Positions 20,092 through 29,205 of a DNA stretch of 64,000 nt are shown here, one piece after another. Source of the DNA: Nannocystis pusilla (GTDB taxonomy: Bacteria; Myxococcota_A; Polyangia; Nannocystales; Nannocystaceae); NCBI RefSeq assembly GCF_026626665.1, contig NZ_JAPNKE010000002.1, positions 1,293,204 through 1,357,203 of the forward strand, in the 5' to 3' direction. Both the position numbers and the translations under genes were made by a program. Positions within the stretch are counted from its first letter, which is position 1; each line of letters begins with the position of its first letter. A model generated the notes under the pieces. It was not told where the DNA came from, made no database searches, and saw only the letters and a list, made by a program, of their open reading frames with translations.

Positions 20092-21536
20092 GTGCGCGTG
20101 CTGGTGATCGACGACGACGAGCTCGACCGCGAGCTGGTCCGTCGCGCCTTCGCCAAGTCCGGCCTCGAGGTCACCCTGGTCGAGGAGGACGACCCGATCG
20201 CCGCGCTCGCCCGCCTGCGTCGGTCGCCGGTCGAGGTCGTGGTGCTCGACTATCAATTCCCGCGGCACGACGGGCTGGTGGTGCTCCGCGGGCTGCGGGA
20301 GCTCGACGTGTTCATGCCGGCGATCGTGCTCACCGGGCACGAGGACACCGCGCTGGCGGTCGAGCTGATGAAGAACGGGGCGGTCGACTACATCGCCAAG
20401 GGCGCGCTGACGCCTCAGCGGCTCGGGCAGAGCGTCCGCCACGCGCTCCGCCTGCGCGCCTCGGAGCTGGCGACCCGCGCGGCGCAGGAGGCCCTGCGCG
20501 CGAGCGAGGAGTTCAGCCGGCGGATCCTCGAGTCGAGCCAGGACGGCATCGTCGTGCTCGACCTCGAGGGGCGCATGCTGTCGGTGAGCCCCGGGGACTG
20601 CGCATGCTCGGCGTCGTCGAGCCCGGCCAGCTCCGCGGCCGCCCCTGGGTCGAGCTGTGGAGCAGCGCGCATCGCCAGGAGGTCGCCGAGGCGCTCGCCA
20701 CGGCGCGAGACGGCAAGGTCGGTCGGGTCGTGGGGCCCGGACCGAAGCTCGACGGCGCGCCGGTGTGGTGGGACATCATCGTCTCGCCGGTGCTCGACGC
20801 GAGCGGCAAGCCGGAGCGGCTGGTCGCCACGGCGCGCGACGTCACCGAGCAGCGGCGGCAGGCGGAGTTCGAGCAACAGCTGATCGGGATCGTCAGCCAC
20901 GACCTGCGCAACCCGCTGTCGGCGATGCTGTACGGGGCCACGTTGATGGCCGAGAGCCTGTCGCCCGACTCGCCGCTCGCCGACGTCGTGCAGCGGATCG
21001 TCCGCAGCGGTGAGCGGGCGGCGCGATTGATCCGCGACCTGCTCGACTTCACCCAGGTGCGCGCGAGCGGACGGCTCCCGATCGATCCGCAGCCGGTCGA
21101 GATCCACGAGGTCTGCCGGCAGGTCGTCGACGAGATGGCGCTCAACCACCCCGACCGCGTCATCGTTCACCAGCCGGAGGGCGACGGCGAAGGGCGCTGG
21201 GATCCCGATCGGCTCGCCCAGGCGGTCGGCAACCTCGTCCGCAACGCGCTCAGCTACGGGCTCGCAGGTACGCCGGTCACCGTCCGCAGCGTCGGCCGCG
21301 GGGCGCGTGTGCGCGTGCTCGTGCACAACGACGGCCCGCCCATCCCGCCGGAGTCGATCTCTTCGCTGTTCCAGCCGTTTCGCCGCGGCGAGCAGCGCCT
21401 CGATCGCGAGCGCAGCATCGGCCTCGGGCTGTTCATCGTCCGCGAGATCGTCGACGCGCACGGCGGTGGCGTGACCGTGCAATCGGCCGCGGGCGAGGGG
21501 ACGACCTTTCACATCGATCTGCCGCGCAGGCCGTAA
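20092..21536 (+). CDS. REC-PAS-HisKA-HATPase hybrid histidine kinase. Frameshift near 20596 from one G missing in GGGGG.
   Basis: MRVLVIDDDELD...VVLDYQFPRHDG, PAS, IVSHDLRNPL H-box, HATPase. Sequence ...GRMLSVSPG continues as GLRMLGVVEPGQLRGRPWVELW in the 20604 frame. Confidence 0.8.
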
Positions 21537-21602
21537 GGGCCGCACTCGTCGAGCGTGCGGCCCGCGGACCTGGCGTCGATGCGACGCCAGGTCTGCGGGT
21601 AT

Positions 21603-22262
21603 TCAGGCGGCGACGAGCTGGGGGTCGAGGGCGAGGCGGGAATGTACGCACTGCAGCAGCGCGGCTTCGTCGGCAGAGACCTCGCCGTCGGCGCCGGCGA
21701 TGGCCTCGAGGTAGCGGTAGACGGCGAGCTTTTGCGGCTCGTCCAGGACCTGCGCGAGAACGCCGGCGAGGCCGACCGGGTCCGGGAGGTCCTTCGGCCG
21801 CTGCAGCAGGCGCAGCAGGGCGTCGGCCTCGAAGCCTTCGAACAGGGTGGCGCCGATCCGGATCGCCGCGCTCACCTCGTCGCGCTCGATCTTGCCGTCG
21901 GCGGCGATCATCGCCGCGGCGAGGCCGTATGCGATGTGCACGATGTCCACCCCGGCGTCGTCGGGCGGGAGCCCGGCCTCCGCGAGCGCCTTGCGGACGG
22001 CCGCCGGATCGGGGCTCAGGACGGCGCCGCGGAAGACCCCGTAGACCAGCAAGAAGGGGTTGATGATCAGCGCGGTGATGCTGAACCATCCGACCACGGC
22101 GGACAGGCCGACCTCCTTGAAGATCGACTTGCGCACGCAAGGACGGCAGCCGATGAACTTCTTGGTGCCGATCTGATATGCGATGAGAAACCCGCGGACA
22201 TAGGGTAGGGTGGCCAGGGTGTCGAGCTCGCGCTCCTGGCACGTGGGGCAGCGGTGGGGCAT
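21603..22262 (-). CDS. Membrane protein with an N-terminal zinc ribbon and a C-terminal TerB-like domain
   Basis: MPHRCPTCQ...CRPC, two TM helices, tandem ...AADGKIERDEVSAAIRIG... / ...AGADGEVSADEAALLQ. AGGAGG 5 nt before the ATG at 22260-22262 (complement). Confidence 0.65.
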   Translation of the reverse strand: MPHRCPTCQERELDTLATLPYVRGFLIAYQIGTKKFIGCRPCVRKSIFKEVGLSAVVGWFSITALIINPFLLVYGVFRGAVLSPDPAAVRKALAEAGLPPDDAGVDIVHIAYGLAAAMIAADGKIERDEVSAAIRIGATLFEGFEADALLRLLQRPKDLPDPVGLAGVLAQVLDEPQKLAVYRYLEAIAGADGEVSADEAALLQCVHSRLALDPQLVAA

Positions 22263-22627
22263 GTCATCCTCCTGTCTCTCGGACAGCGGCTCGCACTGTA
22301 CCAGACCGGACAGGCGCGCCGGCATGGCAGCCACCGGCGGACCTCCGTGCGGACGCCGTTCTGCTCGATCGAGGCGGGGCGCGCCGTCCGGCGGGGCCCT
22401 GCTGGCCCGGGCGGATCTTCGGCTCGCCGACGCGGATGGGTCCTCCTCCTGTCGGTCTCGCCGACGCACGCCGTCGATCGGCGACAGCCGCCGCAGCTGC
22501 CGTGACTCCGTCGACGCGTGGCGGTCGTCGCCGCCGGCTGACGGATGGAGGCCCGGATGCGGCGGCGCTTCAGAGCAAAGGCGTTCGCATCGAGTCGCGC
22601 ACCGCGAATATCGAGCGAGGCCGGTCC

Positions 22628-23344
22628 TCAATAGACGTACTGCAGCAGCCCCGGCCAGCCGTCGAGCTCGAAGTTGACCGGCGAGGGCGCGAACTGCTGC
22701 AGGGGCGTCAGAACGACGATGCGCTGCTCCGTGATGAACGCCTCGCATGCGTCGCCCATGGCGTCGTGGTGGACGCGGACCAGCAGGATGTCGGTGTCGA
22801 GCACGATCCCGGCGAAGCACAGGGTGAATTCATGCATCGTGCACCCGCCGCTGTAGCCGACGTCGAGCACGAGCTCGTCGCCGACGACCTTCGCCGCGTC
22901 GATGGCGAACATGTCGCCCTCGCCGAGGTCGGTGCAGTTCGGCAGAGCCTGGCCACCGGTGTCGCCGGTGGTCGTGGAGCCGTCGCCGGTGGTCGTGGAG
23001 CCGGTGTCCACATCGGTCGACCCGACGCTCGTGGCATCGGCGCTCGTGACATCGGCGCTCGTCGAATCGGCGCTCGTCGACCCGCCGTTCGTCACGTCGG
23101 AGCCGGTGGTCGGATTGCAGCGGTTGCACTGCCAGGTGCCCTCGGCCGAGCATTCGCAGGCCGAGCAGTCGCCCTCGCCGAATTTCGTGTCGCCGGGGGT
23201 GCACTCCGGCGCGTCGGTCGAGGTGCCCGTCGAATCGCCGGTGTCGCCGGTGTCGCTGCCGCCCTTGTTCGGGCCGCACGCGAGGGAGAGCAGCGCGGCG
23301 AAGGCAGCCGCAGAGAGCAGTCGAGAAGCGAGGTTCAAGTTCAT
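22628..23344 (-). CDS. Secreted lipoprotein, Cys-rich N-terminal region and Ser/Thr/Asp-rich linker
   Basis: MNLNLASRLLSAAAFAALLSLACG lipobox. ECTPGDTKFGEGDCSACECSAEGTWQCNRC. ATG at 23342-23344 (complement). Confidence 0.65.
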   Translation of the reverse strand: MNLNLASRLLSAAAFAALLSLACGPNKGGSDTGDTGDSTGTSTDAPECTPGDTKFGEGDCSACECSAEGTWQCNRCNPTTGSDVTNGGSTSADSTSADVTSADATSVGSTDVDTGSTTTGDGSTTTGDTGGQALPNCTDLGEGDMFAIDAAKVVGDELVLDVGYSGGCTMHEFTLCFAGIVLDTDILLVRVHHDAMGDACEAFITEQRIVVLTPLQQFAPSPVNFELDGWPGLLQYVY

Positions 23345-23990
23345 GCCGGGAGTATAGCCTCGGGTCGATCTCCCGGCGCATGGCGCGGGGAGCCGGGGCC
23401 GCGCGTGGAACGGGTGCCGGGCTCGGCCGGCAGGCGAGCCGGAACGTGCGTGCTCTTCGGCGGGACGCCTGTGCCGGCGCAAACGATCGGGACCGCGACG
23501 GAGAGCCCGGTGAGGGGCGCAGCGTGTGGGGCGGGCGCGCGTCCGACCCGTCCGGTCGGCGAAGCGCGGGCCGATTGGAGCTCGCGGCTGCGCGACCTCG
23601 AGAACGGGGCTGAACTCGCTGTGAACGGAGCACCGCCACGCGCGTCGAGTACGGCGATCATCCGCGCGGTCCGGCGCGCGCCTCGATCGATTCGCGAGTT
23701 CGCCGGCGCAGGATCAGGGCCCCGTCGATTCATGGCGGCGCGCTCCGTGCATCGAAGCCATCATTGTTCATAGGACTGGGTCCGCAGTCGCTCGGTCGGA
23801 CATAGCGAGCCTGAGCCCGGTAACTGCCGCGAAAGAGGCGACATCCGAGCGCAACCGGCGCGCTGTTCGACAAGGCCGACGACAAGCAGGACGCGGCCAG
23901 GGGCGACCGCACCGACGACAGGGTCTCGTCGGACGTCAATGAGTAGAGCTTCGGCGAGGCGTCGGCCTGGGGCGCCTCGCCGGCGGCGAC

Positions 23991-25703
23991 TCACGGGACG
24001 TGGACGATGACGTCGCTGAAGAACTGACTGGACAGCGACCTGTCCTTGCAGATCGTGCCGTCGATCAGGTGTTCGCCCTGGTCGAAGACGATCTGCACGT
24101 CGTGGGTGTCGGGGTACACGACGATGCTCTCCGGCCCCGAGTCGCTCGGGAACGAGGTGATGTTCTGGACCAGCACCGGCGCCTGGCCGGCGACGCCGCT
24201 CCACTTGTAGAGGCGGTACGGCCCGGCGGCGCCGTCCTTCGGTCCGCCGAGGATCAACATCGCCGCGTGCACCGGCGACCACGCCATCCCGCGCACGCGC
24301 AGGCCGCCGAGGTCGAGCAGGATCGCCTCGCCGAACTGCGCGACGGCGCCGCCGAGCACCGCGTCGGCGTTGAGCAGGGTGACCAGGATCGCGTCGGTGC
24401 CTTGCAGCGGGTTGCGGAAGCCGAGCACCAATGGCTTGGGGCGCTGCGCCGTCGGCAGCCAGGCGAGGCCCTCGATGTTGGCGCCGTTCACCTTGGGCGC
24501 GAGGTTGGCGTCGGTGGCCTTGCTCAGGTTGGCCGCGGTGGCGAGCGTCGCGATCACGCTCGCGTTCGGCGTCAGCCAGTTGCTGCTCTTGACCATGTCG
24601 TCGAGCAGCTTCGAGGTGTAGCCTGCGCCCGTCAGCGACACGTTCGGCGCGGTCCCGGCGACGTCGACGGCGAAGAAGCGGTAGCGCATGCGCTCGAGGT
24701 TGCCGCTCTTGTCGCGCCCGTGCGAGCTGACGACGTAGATCCGGTCGCCGATCCGCGCCGCGTCCTCGAGGTCGGCCTCGTCGGAGCTCGACAGGCCGAT
24801 GCTGGCCGACACGTCGATGGTCTTGGCGGCGTTGGCGTCGGCACCGCGCCGGTAGACTCGCAGGCCCTGGTTCTCGTCGTTGCCGTCGAGGAAGTAGGCG
24901 CCGTCGAGGGCGACGCCGAACGAACCGTCGCAGCTCTGCTTGTAGTTGCCGGGCGTCGGGTCGAGCACGACCTCGCCGCCGCCGTCACCGGTGGTGCCGC
25001 CCTCGTCGGCCTCGTGCCAGGTCACGCTCAGCTTGGGCCGCTTGGCCTTGGTGCCGTACTCGCTGGCGCGGAACTCGAGCCGATTGCTGGTACCCGCGCC
25101 GTCGAGGAAGAAGCCGCGGTTGCTGCCCGGGCTGGCCACCCACTGCTGCACGAGCGCGACCCCGGCGGCGTTGAGCGAGAACGTGACGGGGCCGGTGTCG
25201 GCCGCGGAGAACGAGGCGAGCGCGACGGTCCCGCGGTCGTTCACGCCGTAGCCGCCCGCCGTCTGCCAGCTGCTGCCGGTGTTCCACGCCTTCCAGGTCG
25301 CGTTGGCCTCGTTCCACGCGCGCCTGGCCTCGTACAGCGAGAAGGTCTCCGGGCTCTTGTCGGAGATCTCGAGGGTGATGCTCACCGACTCGACGACCGC
25401 GGTGGTCGGGATCGCGGCGCTCAGGTCCCACGACAGCAGCGCCAGGACCTCGGTGTCCGCCTCGACCGAGAGGCTGGTGTCCGCGTCGTTCTTGGCGGTG
25501 GGCGAGTCGCCGTCGAGCATGGTGTCGCGAGTGCCGGCGTAGCTGCTGGTCGGCGCCTGGCCGTCCTGGAAGCTGACGCTCACCGGCCCGCCGACGCGCG
25601 CGAACACGGCATCGTCGCCGCCGTCTTCGCAGCCGTGTGACATGAACGCGAGCGCGCCGCTCGCAACGAGGGACAGAACAGGAATGCAGCGAGTGTGATG
25701 CAT
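23991..25703 (-). CDS. Secreted DNRLRE-domain protein with a C-terminal beta-propeller-like region
   Basis: Signal peptide. Segment ...LSWDLSAIPTTAVVESVSITLEISDKSPETFSLYEARRAWNEANATW... typical of DNRLRE-type carbohydrate-active secreted proteins. Confidence 0.7.
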   Translation of the reverse strand: MHHTRCIPVLSLVASGALAFMSHGCEDGGDDAVFARVGGPVSVSFQDGQAPTSSYAGTRDTMLDGDSPTAKNDADTSLSVEADTEVLALLSWDLSAAIPTTAVVESVSITLEISDKSPETFSLYEARRAWNEANATWKAWNTGSSWQTAGGYGVNDRGTVALASFSAADTGPVTFSLNAAGVALVQQWVASPGSNRGFFLDGAGTSNRLEFRASEYGTKAKRPKLSVTWHEADEGGTTGDGGGEVVLDPTPGNYKQSCDGSFGVALDGAYFLDGNDENQGLRVYRRGADANAAKTIDVSASIGLSSSDEADLEDAARIGDRIYVVSSHGRDKSGNLERMRYRFFAVDVAGTAPNVSLTGAGYTSKLLDDMVKSSNWLTPNASVIATLATAANLSKATDANLAPKVNGANIEGLAWLPTAQRPKPLVLGFRNPLQGTDAILVTLLNADAVLGGAVAQFGEAILLDLGGLRVRGMAWSPVHAAMLILGGPKDGAAGPYRLYKWSGVAGQAPVLVQNITSFPSDSGPESIVVYPDTHDVQIVFDQGEHLIDGTICKDRSLSSQFFSDVIVHVP

Positions 25704-25803
25704 GGGATGCCGCGACCATCGGGCCGGACAGGCCCGCGCCGCATCCTAGGGACTCTCGGGCATGAATGCGGTGACATGTCCGTCACGGCCCGGCGGCACC
25801 TCG

Positions 25804-26190
25804 TCACGACGGCGTGATCGTCTCGCGACGGGGACGCCAAGTCGGCGCCACCGGATCGCCGGTACGAATGCTGCGACGTCGGGGCCGATCACGACGATTC
25901 CGTCGCGAGCGCGCGCCGATCGATCGACTCGTTTCGGTCACGAAGGCAGCCGCGCCGGCGCTCGACTCGAGCGGCGCCGGTGTTCGTCGCCGGGCGAGCC
26001 GCAGCCCGAGTTTCGCCAGAGAGGCCGCGCCGATCGCAGCGATGGCCGCGAAGATGCCCAATAACCAATGTCGCTCCGCGACTGCCGCTTCGCCGAGCAC
26101 GAACATCACCAGCAGCGAGCCGGCGAGCATCAGGCCGAGCGAGGAGTGGAATGACTCCGCGAGCGCAGCGCCCTCCGCATGCGAGAACAC
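25804..26190 (-). CDS. Possible small 2-TM membrane protein (GTG start)
   Basis: Hydrophobic SLGLMLAGSLLVMFVLGEAAVAERHWLLGIFAAIAAIGAASLAKLGL. No ATG start; the rest of the ORF is low complexity. Confidence 0.25.
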   Translation of the reverse strand: MFSHAEGAALAESFHSSLGLMLAGSLLVMFVLGEAAVAERHWLLGIFAAIAAIGAASLAKLGLRLARRRTPAPLESSAGAAAFVTETSRSIGARSRRNRRDRPRRRSIRTGDPVAPTWRPRRETITPS

Positions 26191-26395
26191 GCCGAAGTCC
26201 CGCGCTGGCTGACGGGTCAGCGCAGTCGACGCCCGCGCTCGAGGCGCTGTGTGCGCAATGGGTTCTTCGCGCGGACGCAGGCGACGTCTGCCGGCGCTGC
26301 GGGAACGATATCGACCTCCTTCCGCTCGCGGGCGCCTGCAGGGGCCGATGAGCGCGTCGTGCCTCGGGGCGCATTCAGGAAAACATTTTCTGTCG

Positions 26396-27379
26396 ATGGG
26401 GTATCCTGGCCCCGGCATGGACGAGCCTTCGAGTGGCCCCGAGGACGCGTCGGTGACGGCGCTGGCGGATGATTGGTCCGTCCTCCTGGCAGTGACCGAG
26501 CAGTTGAACGCGGCGACGGCCCGCGAGGCCACCCTGCAGGCATTCCTCCTGCCGGCGCCGCGGCGCGACGAGGCCGAGATCGTGCTCTGCACCGTCGACC
26601 ACGACGCCGACGACGAGCCGGAGTGGCTCTCGGTGGCGGTGGTCCGGCCTGCGGCGGTGCGGCCGGCGCGGTCCCACGTCGGCGACCGCTACCGCCTCCG
26701 TGACATGCCGTTCTCGCAAGTCTGGCTCGAGCAGCCGGGCGTGCCGGTGCTCGTCGGAGCTGCCGCGACCGACCCGCGCATCGATCAGGCCCTGCGCGAC
26801 CGCTGGGCGGCCGCCGGCATCAAGGCGGCGCTGCTGATCGCGCTGACCCTGCGCAGCCGCGTCGTCGGCGTGTTCTCGATCCAGTGGAGCTGCGAGGTGC
26901 CGCTCGGCCCACGTGAGCAGCGGATCTACCAGATCCTCTCGCGTAACGCGGCGCTGTTGCTGGAGAACATGGTGATCGTCGATCGCCTGCAGGCCGCGCT
27001 GGCCGAGCGGAGCGCGCCGCTGATCCCGATCACCGACGACATCCTGGTCATGCCCCTGATCGGCACGCTCGACGAGACCCGCCGCGCGCGGATCCTCGAG
27101 GTGGCGCTGCAGGGGTCGTCGGCCGCGCGAGTCACGATCATCGACATCACCGGCGTCCCTTCGCTCGATGTCCGCGCCGCCGCGCTCCTCACCAGCACCG
27201 CCCAGGCGCTGCGGCTGCTCGGCGTGCTCCCGATCCTGAGCGGCGTGCGCCCCGAGGTCGCCCGGGACCTGATGGCTTTCGGCGATCCGCTGACGGGCAT
27301 CGTGACCTGCGGGACGCTCCAGGCCGGCGTCGAATACGCTCTGCGGCAACTCGGCAAGTCGTACTCGCGCGCGGGCTAG
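26396..27379 (+). CDS. GAF-STAS protein (second anti-sigma-antagonist-like sensor)
   Basis: GAF-like N-terminal part then STAS (LIPITDDILVMPLIGTLDETRRARILEVALQGSSAARVTIIDITGV...LLGVLPILSGVRPEVARDLMAFGDPLTGIVTCGTLQ). Confidence 0.75.
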   Translation: MGYPGPGMDEPSSGPEDASVTALADDWSVLLAVTEQLNAATAREATLQAFLLPAPRRDEAEIVLCTVDHDADDEPEWLSVAVVRPAAVRPARSHVGDRYRLRDMPFSQVWLEQPGVPVLVGAAATDPRIDQALRDRWAAAGIKAALLIALTLRSRVVGVFSIQWSCEVPLGPREQRIYQILSRNAALLLENMVIVDRLQAALAERSAPLIPITDDILVMPLIGTLDETRRARILEVALQGSSAARVTIIDITGVPSLDVRAAALLTSTAQALRLLGVLPILSGVRPEVARDLMAFGDPLTGIVTCGTLQAGVEYALRQLGKSYSRAG

Positions 27380-27421
27380 GCCCCGCACGGCGCGGTCCGG
27401 TCGCCGTGGTATATCGCGGCG

Positions 27422-28198
27422 ATGACGACCCCGTCCGAGTCGGGCCCGCGCGCCGGGACGAACGTGCTCCGCGAATGGATGCCCGACCGGATCGTGCGCC
27501 TCATGGTATTGCAGCAATTGATCGACGCCGGTGAGGTCGAGCCGATCACCGCCGAGGCGGCGTACCCGGCGGTGCGCGGCGAGCCCTACGACGCGTGGTC
27601 GGCGGACGGCCAGCGATTCAACGAGGACATCGCGGCGTACATCGACGACACGCCGGTCGACGCGGCGATGCTGGCGAAGGTGACGCGCTTGCCCACGGAC
27701 CCGACTGCGGACCTGGTGTTCGTGATCTGGCCGCATTTCGATGGCGAGAGCGACGAGTTCGACGTCACCGACCTGTCCGGCCTCGATCGCTTGCCCGCGC
27801 TCGCGGAGCTGTTCGTCGCGGTGCACCGCCAGGTCGACCTCGCGGTCGTGGCGCGTTGCGCCCGCCTGACCGCGGCGTCGCTGGACTGCCGCGTGCCTCT
27901 CGACCTGTCCCCGCTGGCCGCGGTGCGCGGGCTGCGGACGCTGGAGCTGGTGCACGCCGAGAACGTCGCCGACCTCGCCTGGCTGCGCGCGCTGCCGGAG
28001 CTGGCCACGCTCCGTCTCCTCGGCGACCCCCAGACGCTCGATCTGCGGCCCCTGCTCGACATGCCCGCGCTCGGCTCGTTCGCCCTGTTGCGCACGGCGT
28101 TCGCCGAGGGGACGAACCCGGCCGTGCTGACGTTCGGGGACAACGCGGCGGTCCTCGCCGCCCTGTTCGTCCGCGGCGTCGCGGTGGAAATGCGCTGA
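27422..28198 (+). CDS. Hypothetical protein, C-terminal LRR-like repeats
   Basis: Codon usage consistent with coding. DLSPLAAVRGLRTLELVHAENVADLAWLRALPELATLRLLGDPQTLDLRPLLDMPALGSF. Confidence 0.5.
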   Translation: MTTPSESGPRAGTNVLREWMPDRIVRLMVLQQLIDAGEVEPITAEAAYPAVRGEPYDAWSADGQRFNEDIAAYIDDTPVDAAMLAKVTRLPTDPTADLVFVIWPHFDGESDEFDVTDLSGLDRLPALAELFVAVHRQVDLAVVARCARLTAASLDCRVPLDLSPLAAVRGLRTLELVHAENVADLAWLRALPELATLRLLGDPQTLDLRPLLDMPALGSFALLRTAFAEGTNPAVLTFGDNAAVLAALFVRGVAVEMR

Positions 28199-28264
28199 GT
28201 CCGTCGGCCCGGCGGTCGCGGCCGCCGGCGCGCAGGGGCCCGGCGTCGTCGCGATTCCTTCGCC

Positions 28265-28292
28265 TTGACAAATGGTTCATGCGGATGAACCA
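28265..28292 (+). promoter_or_regulatory. marR promoter/operator: TTGACA -35 (28265-28270) plus 20-bp palindrome TGGTTCATGCGGATGAACCA (28273-28292)
   Basis: Consensus -35. Perfect 8-bp arms between -35 and -10, immediately upstream of the MarR start at 28309. Typical MarR autoregulatory layout. Confidence 0.6.
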
Positions 28293-28308
28293 TGTGGCGA
28301 AGCAAACC

Positions 28309-28782
28309 ATGAGCCGCAGCCCCGACGATCCGGTCAACGCCCGCCTGGGAGAGGTGCTCGAGGCGTTCATGAACCGGGTCGCCCATCCCCGCGGGCGCGC
28401 GCTGGCGTTCCTGACCCAGTCGTCGGTCACCGTCGACCAGGCGATCCTCATGCACCACGCGCTGACCCGACCCGGCAGCACCCCCACTAGCCTGGCGGCG
28501 ACGATGAACCTGTCGCTGCCCTCGATCAGCCAGATGCTCGAGCGGCTGGCGCGGCTCGGCATGCTCCGGCGCATCGAAGACCCGGCCGATCGCCGCCGCA
28601 AGACGATCGCGGTCACGCCGAAGGCCCGGCGGTTCCTCCGCGAGCTGCAGGCGGTCCGCTCGCAGGAGTTCTCGGCCGGCGCGGCGGCCCTGTCGCCCGC
28701 CGCGCAGCAGCGGCTCGTCGCGGCGCTCGAACGAGCCCTGACCGAGCTCGACGCCGACCCGTCCGGAGGAGAACCGCGATGA
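28309..28782 (+). CDS. MarR family transcriptional regulator
   Basis: ...SLPSISQMLERLARLGMLRRIEDPADRRRKTIAVTPKARRFL... wHTH. 157 aa from MSRSPDD. ATGA overlap with the next gene. Confidence 0.85.
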   Translation: MSRSPDDPVNARLGEVLEAFMNRVAHPRGRALAFLTQSSVTVDQAILMHHALTRPGSTPTSLAATMNLSLPSISQMLERLARLGMLRRIEDPADRRRKTIAVTPKARRFLRELQAVRSQEFSAGAAALSPAAQQRLVAALERALTELDADPSGGEPR

Positions 28783-29146
28783 TTCAGCTCGATCACCTGG
28801 CCGTCGAGGCGCGCGACGTCGCCGCCTCGGCGCGATTTTTGGCCGACCTCCTCGGCCTCGCGCAACCGGTGCCCGAGGGCGAGGACGACGACATGCGCCG
28901 CATCGACCTCGACCACGGCGTGTTCGTCCTGTTCTCGCCGGCGAGCGAGCCGCGCTTCTCGCACGTCGCCTTCCGCGTCGACGCCGCTCGCTTCGGGGCG
29001 ATCGTCGACCGCCTGCGCGCGGGGGGGTCGCGTTCGGCAACGATCACGACGACACCCGCAATCACAGGACCGACGACCTCCTCGGCGGTGAAGGCCGCGT
29101 CTATTTCCACGACGCCGACGGCCACCTGTGGGAGGTGGCCTGCTGA
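28779..29146 (+). CDS. VOC/glyoxalase family protein. Frameshift near 29033 in a G7 run.
   Basis: MIQLDHLAVEARDVAASARFLADLLGL...HVAFRVD...LRAGG in the 28779 frame. Continues as VAFGNDHDDTRNHRTDDLLGGEGRVYFHDADGHLWEVAC* one frame over. One extra G restores the protein. Confidence 0.7.
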
Positions 29147-29205
29147 GGCCGCGCCCTCGCTGAGCCGGGGCCTCTGCCGCGTGACGCGTGGAGGTCCCGC
29201 GCGCC

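Noticed and set aside
22241-22262. TGGCAC hexamer resembling a sigma-54 -24 element
   Set aside because: No TTGC(A/T) -12 element at the correct spacing. Lies within the start region of the TerB-like CDS.
23345-23375. TATACT -10-like hexamer 3 nt upstream of the lipoprotein ATG, considered as a leaderless promoter
   Set aside because: Spacing to the ATG is too short for a leaderless transcription start site and no -35 is evident. Speculative.
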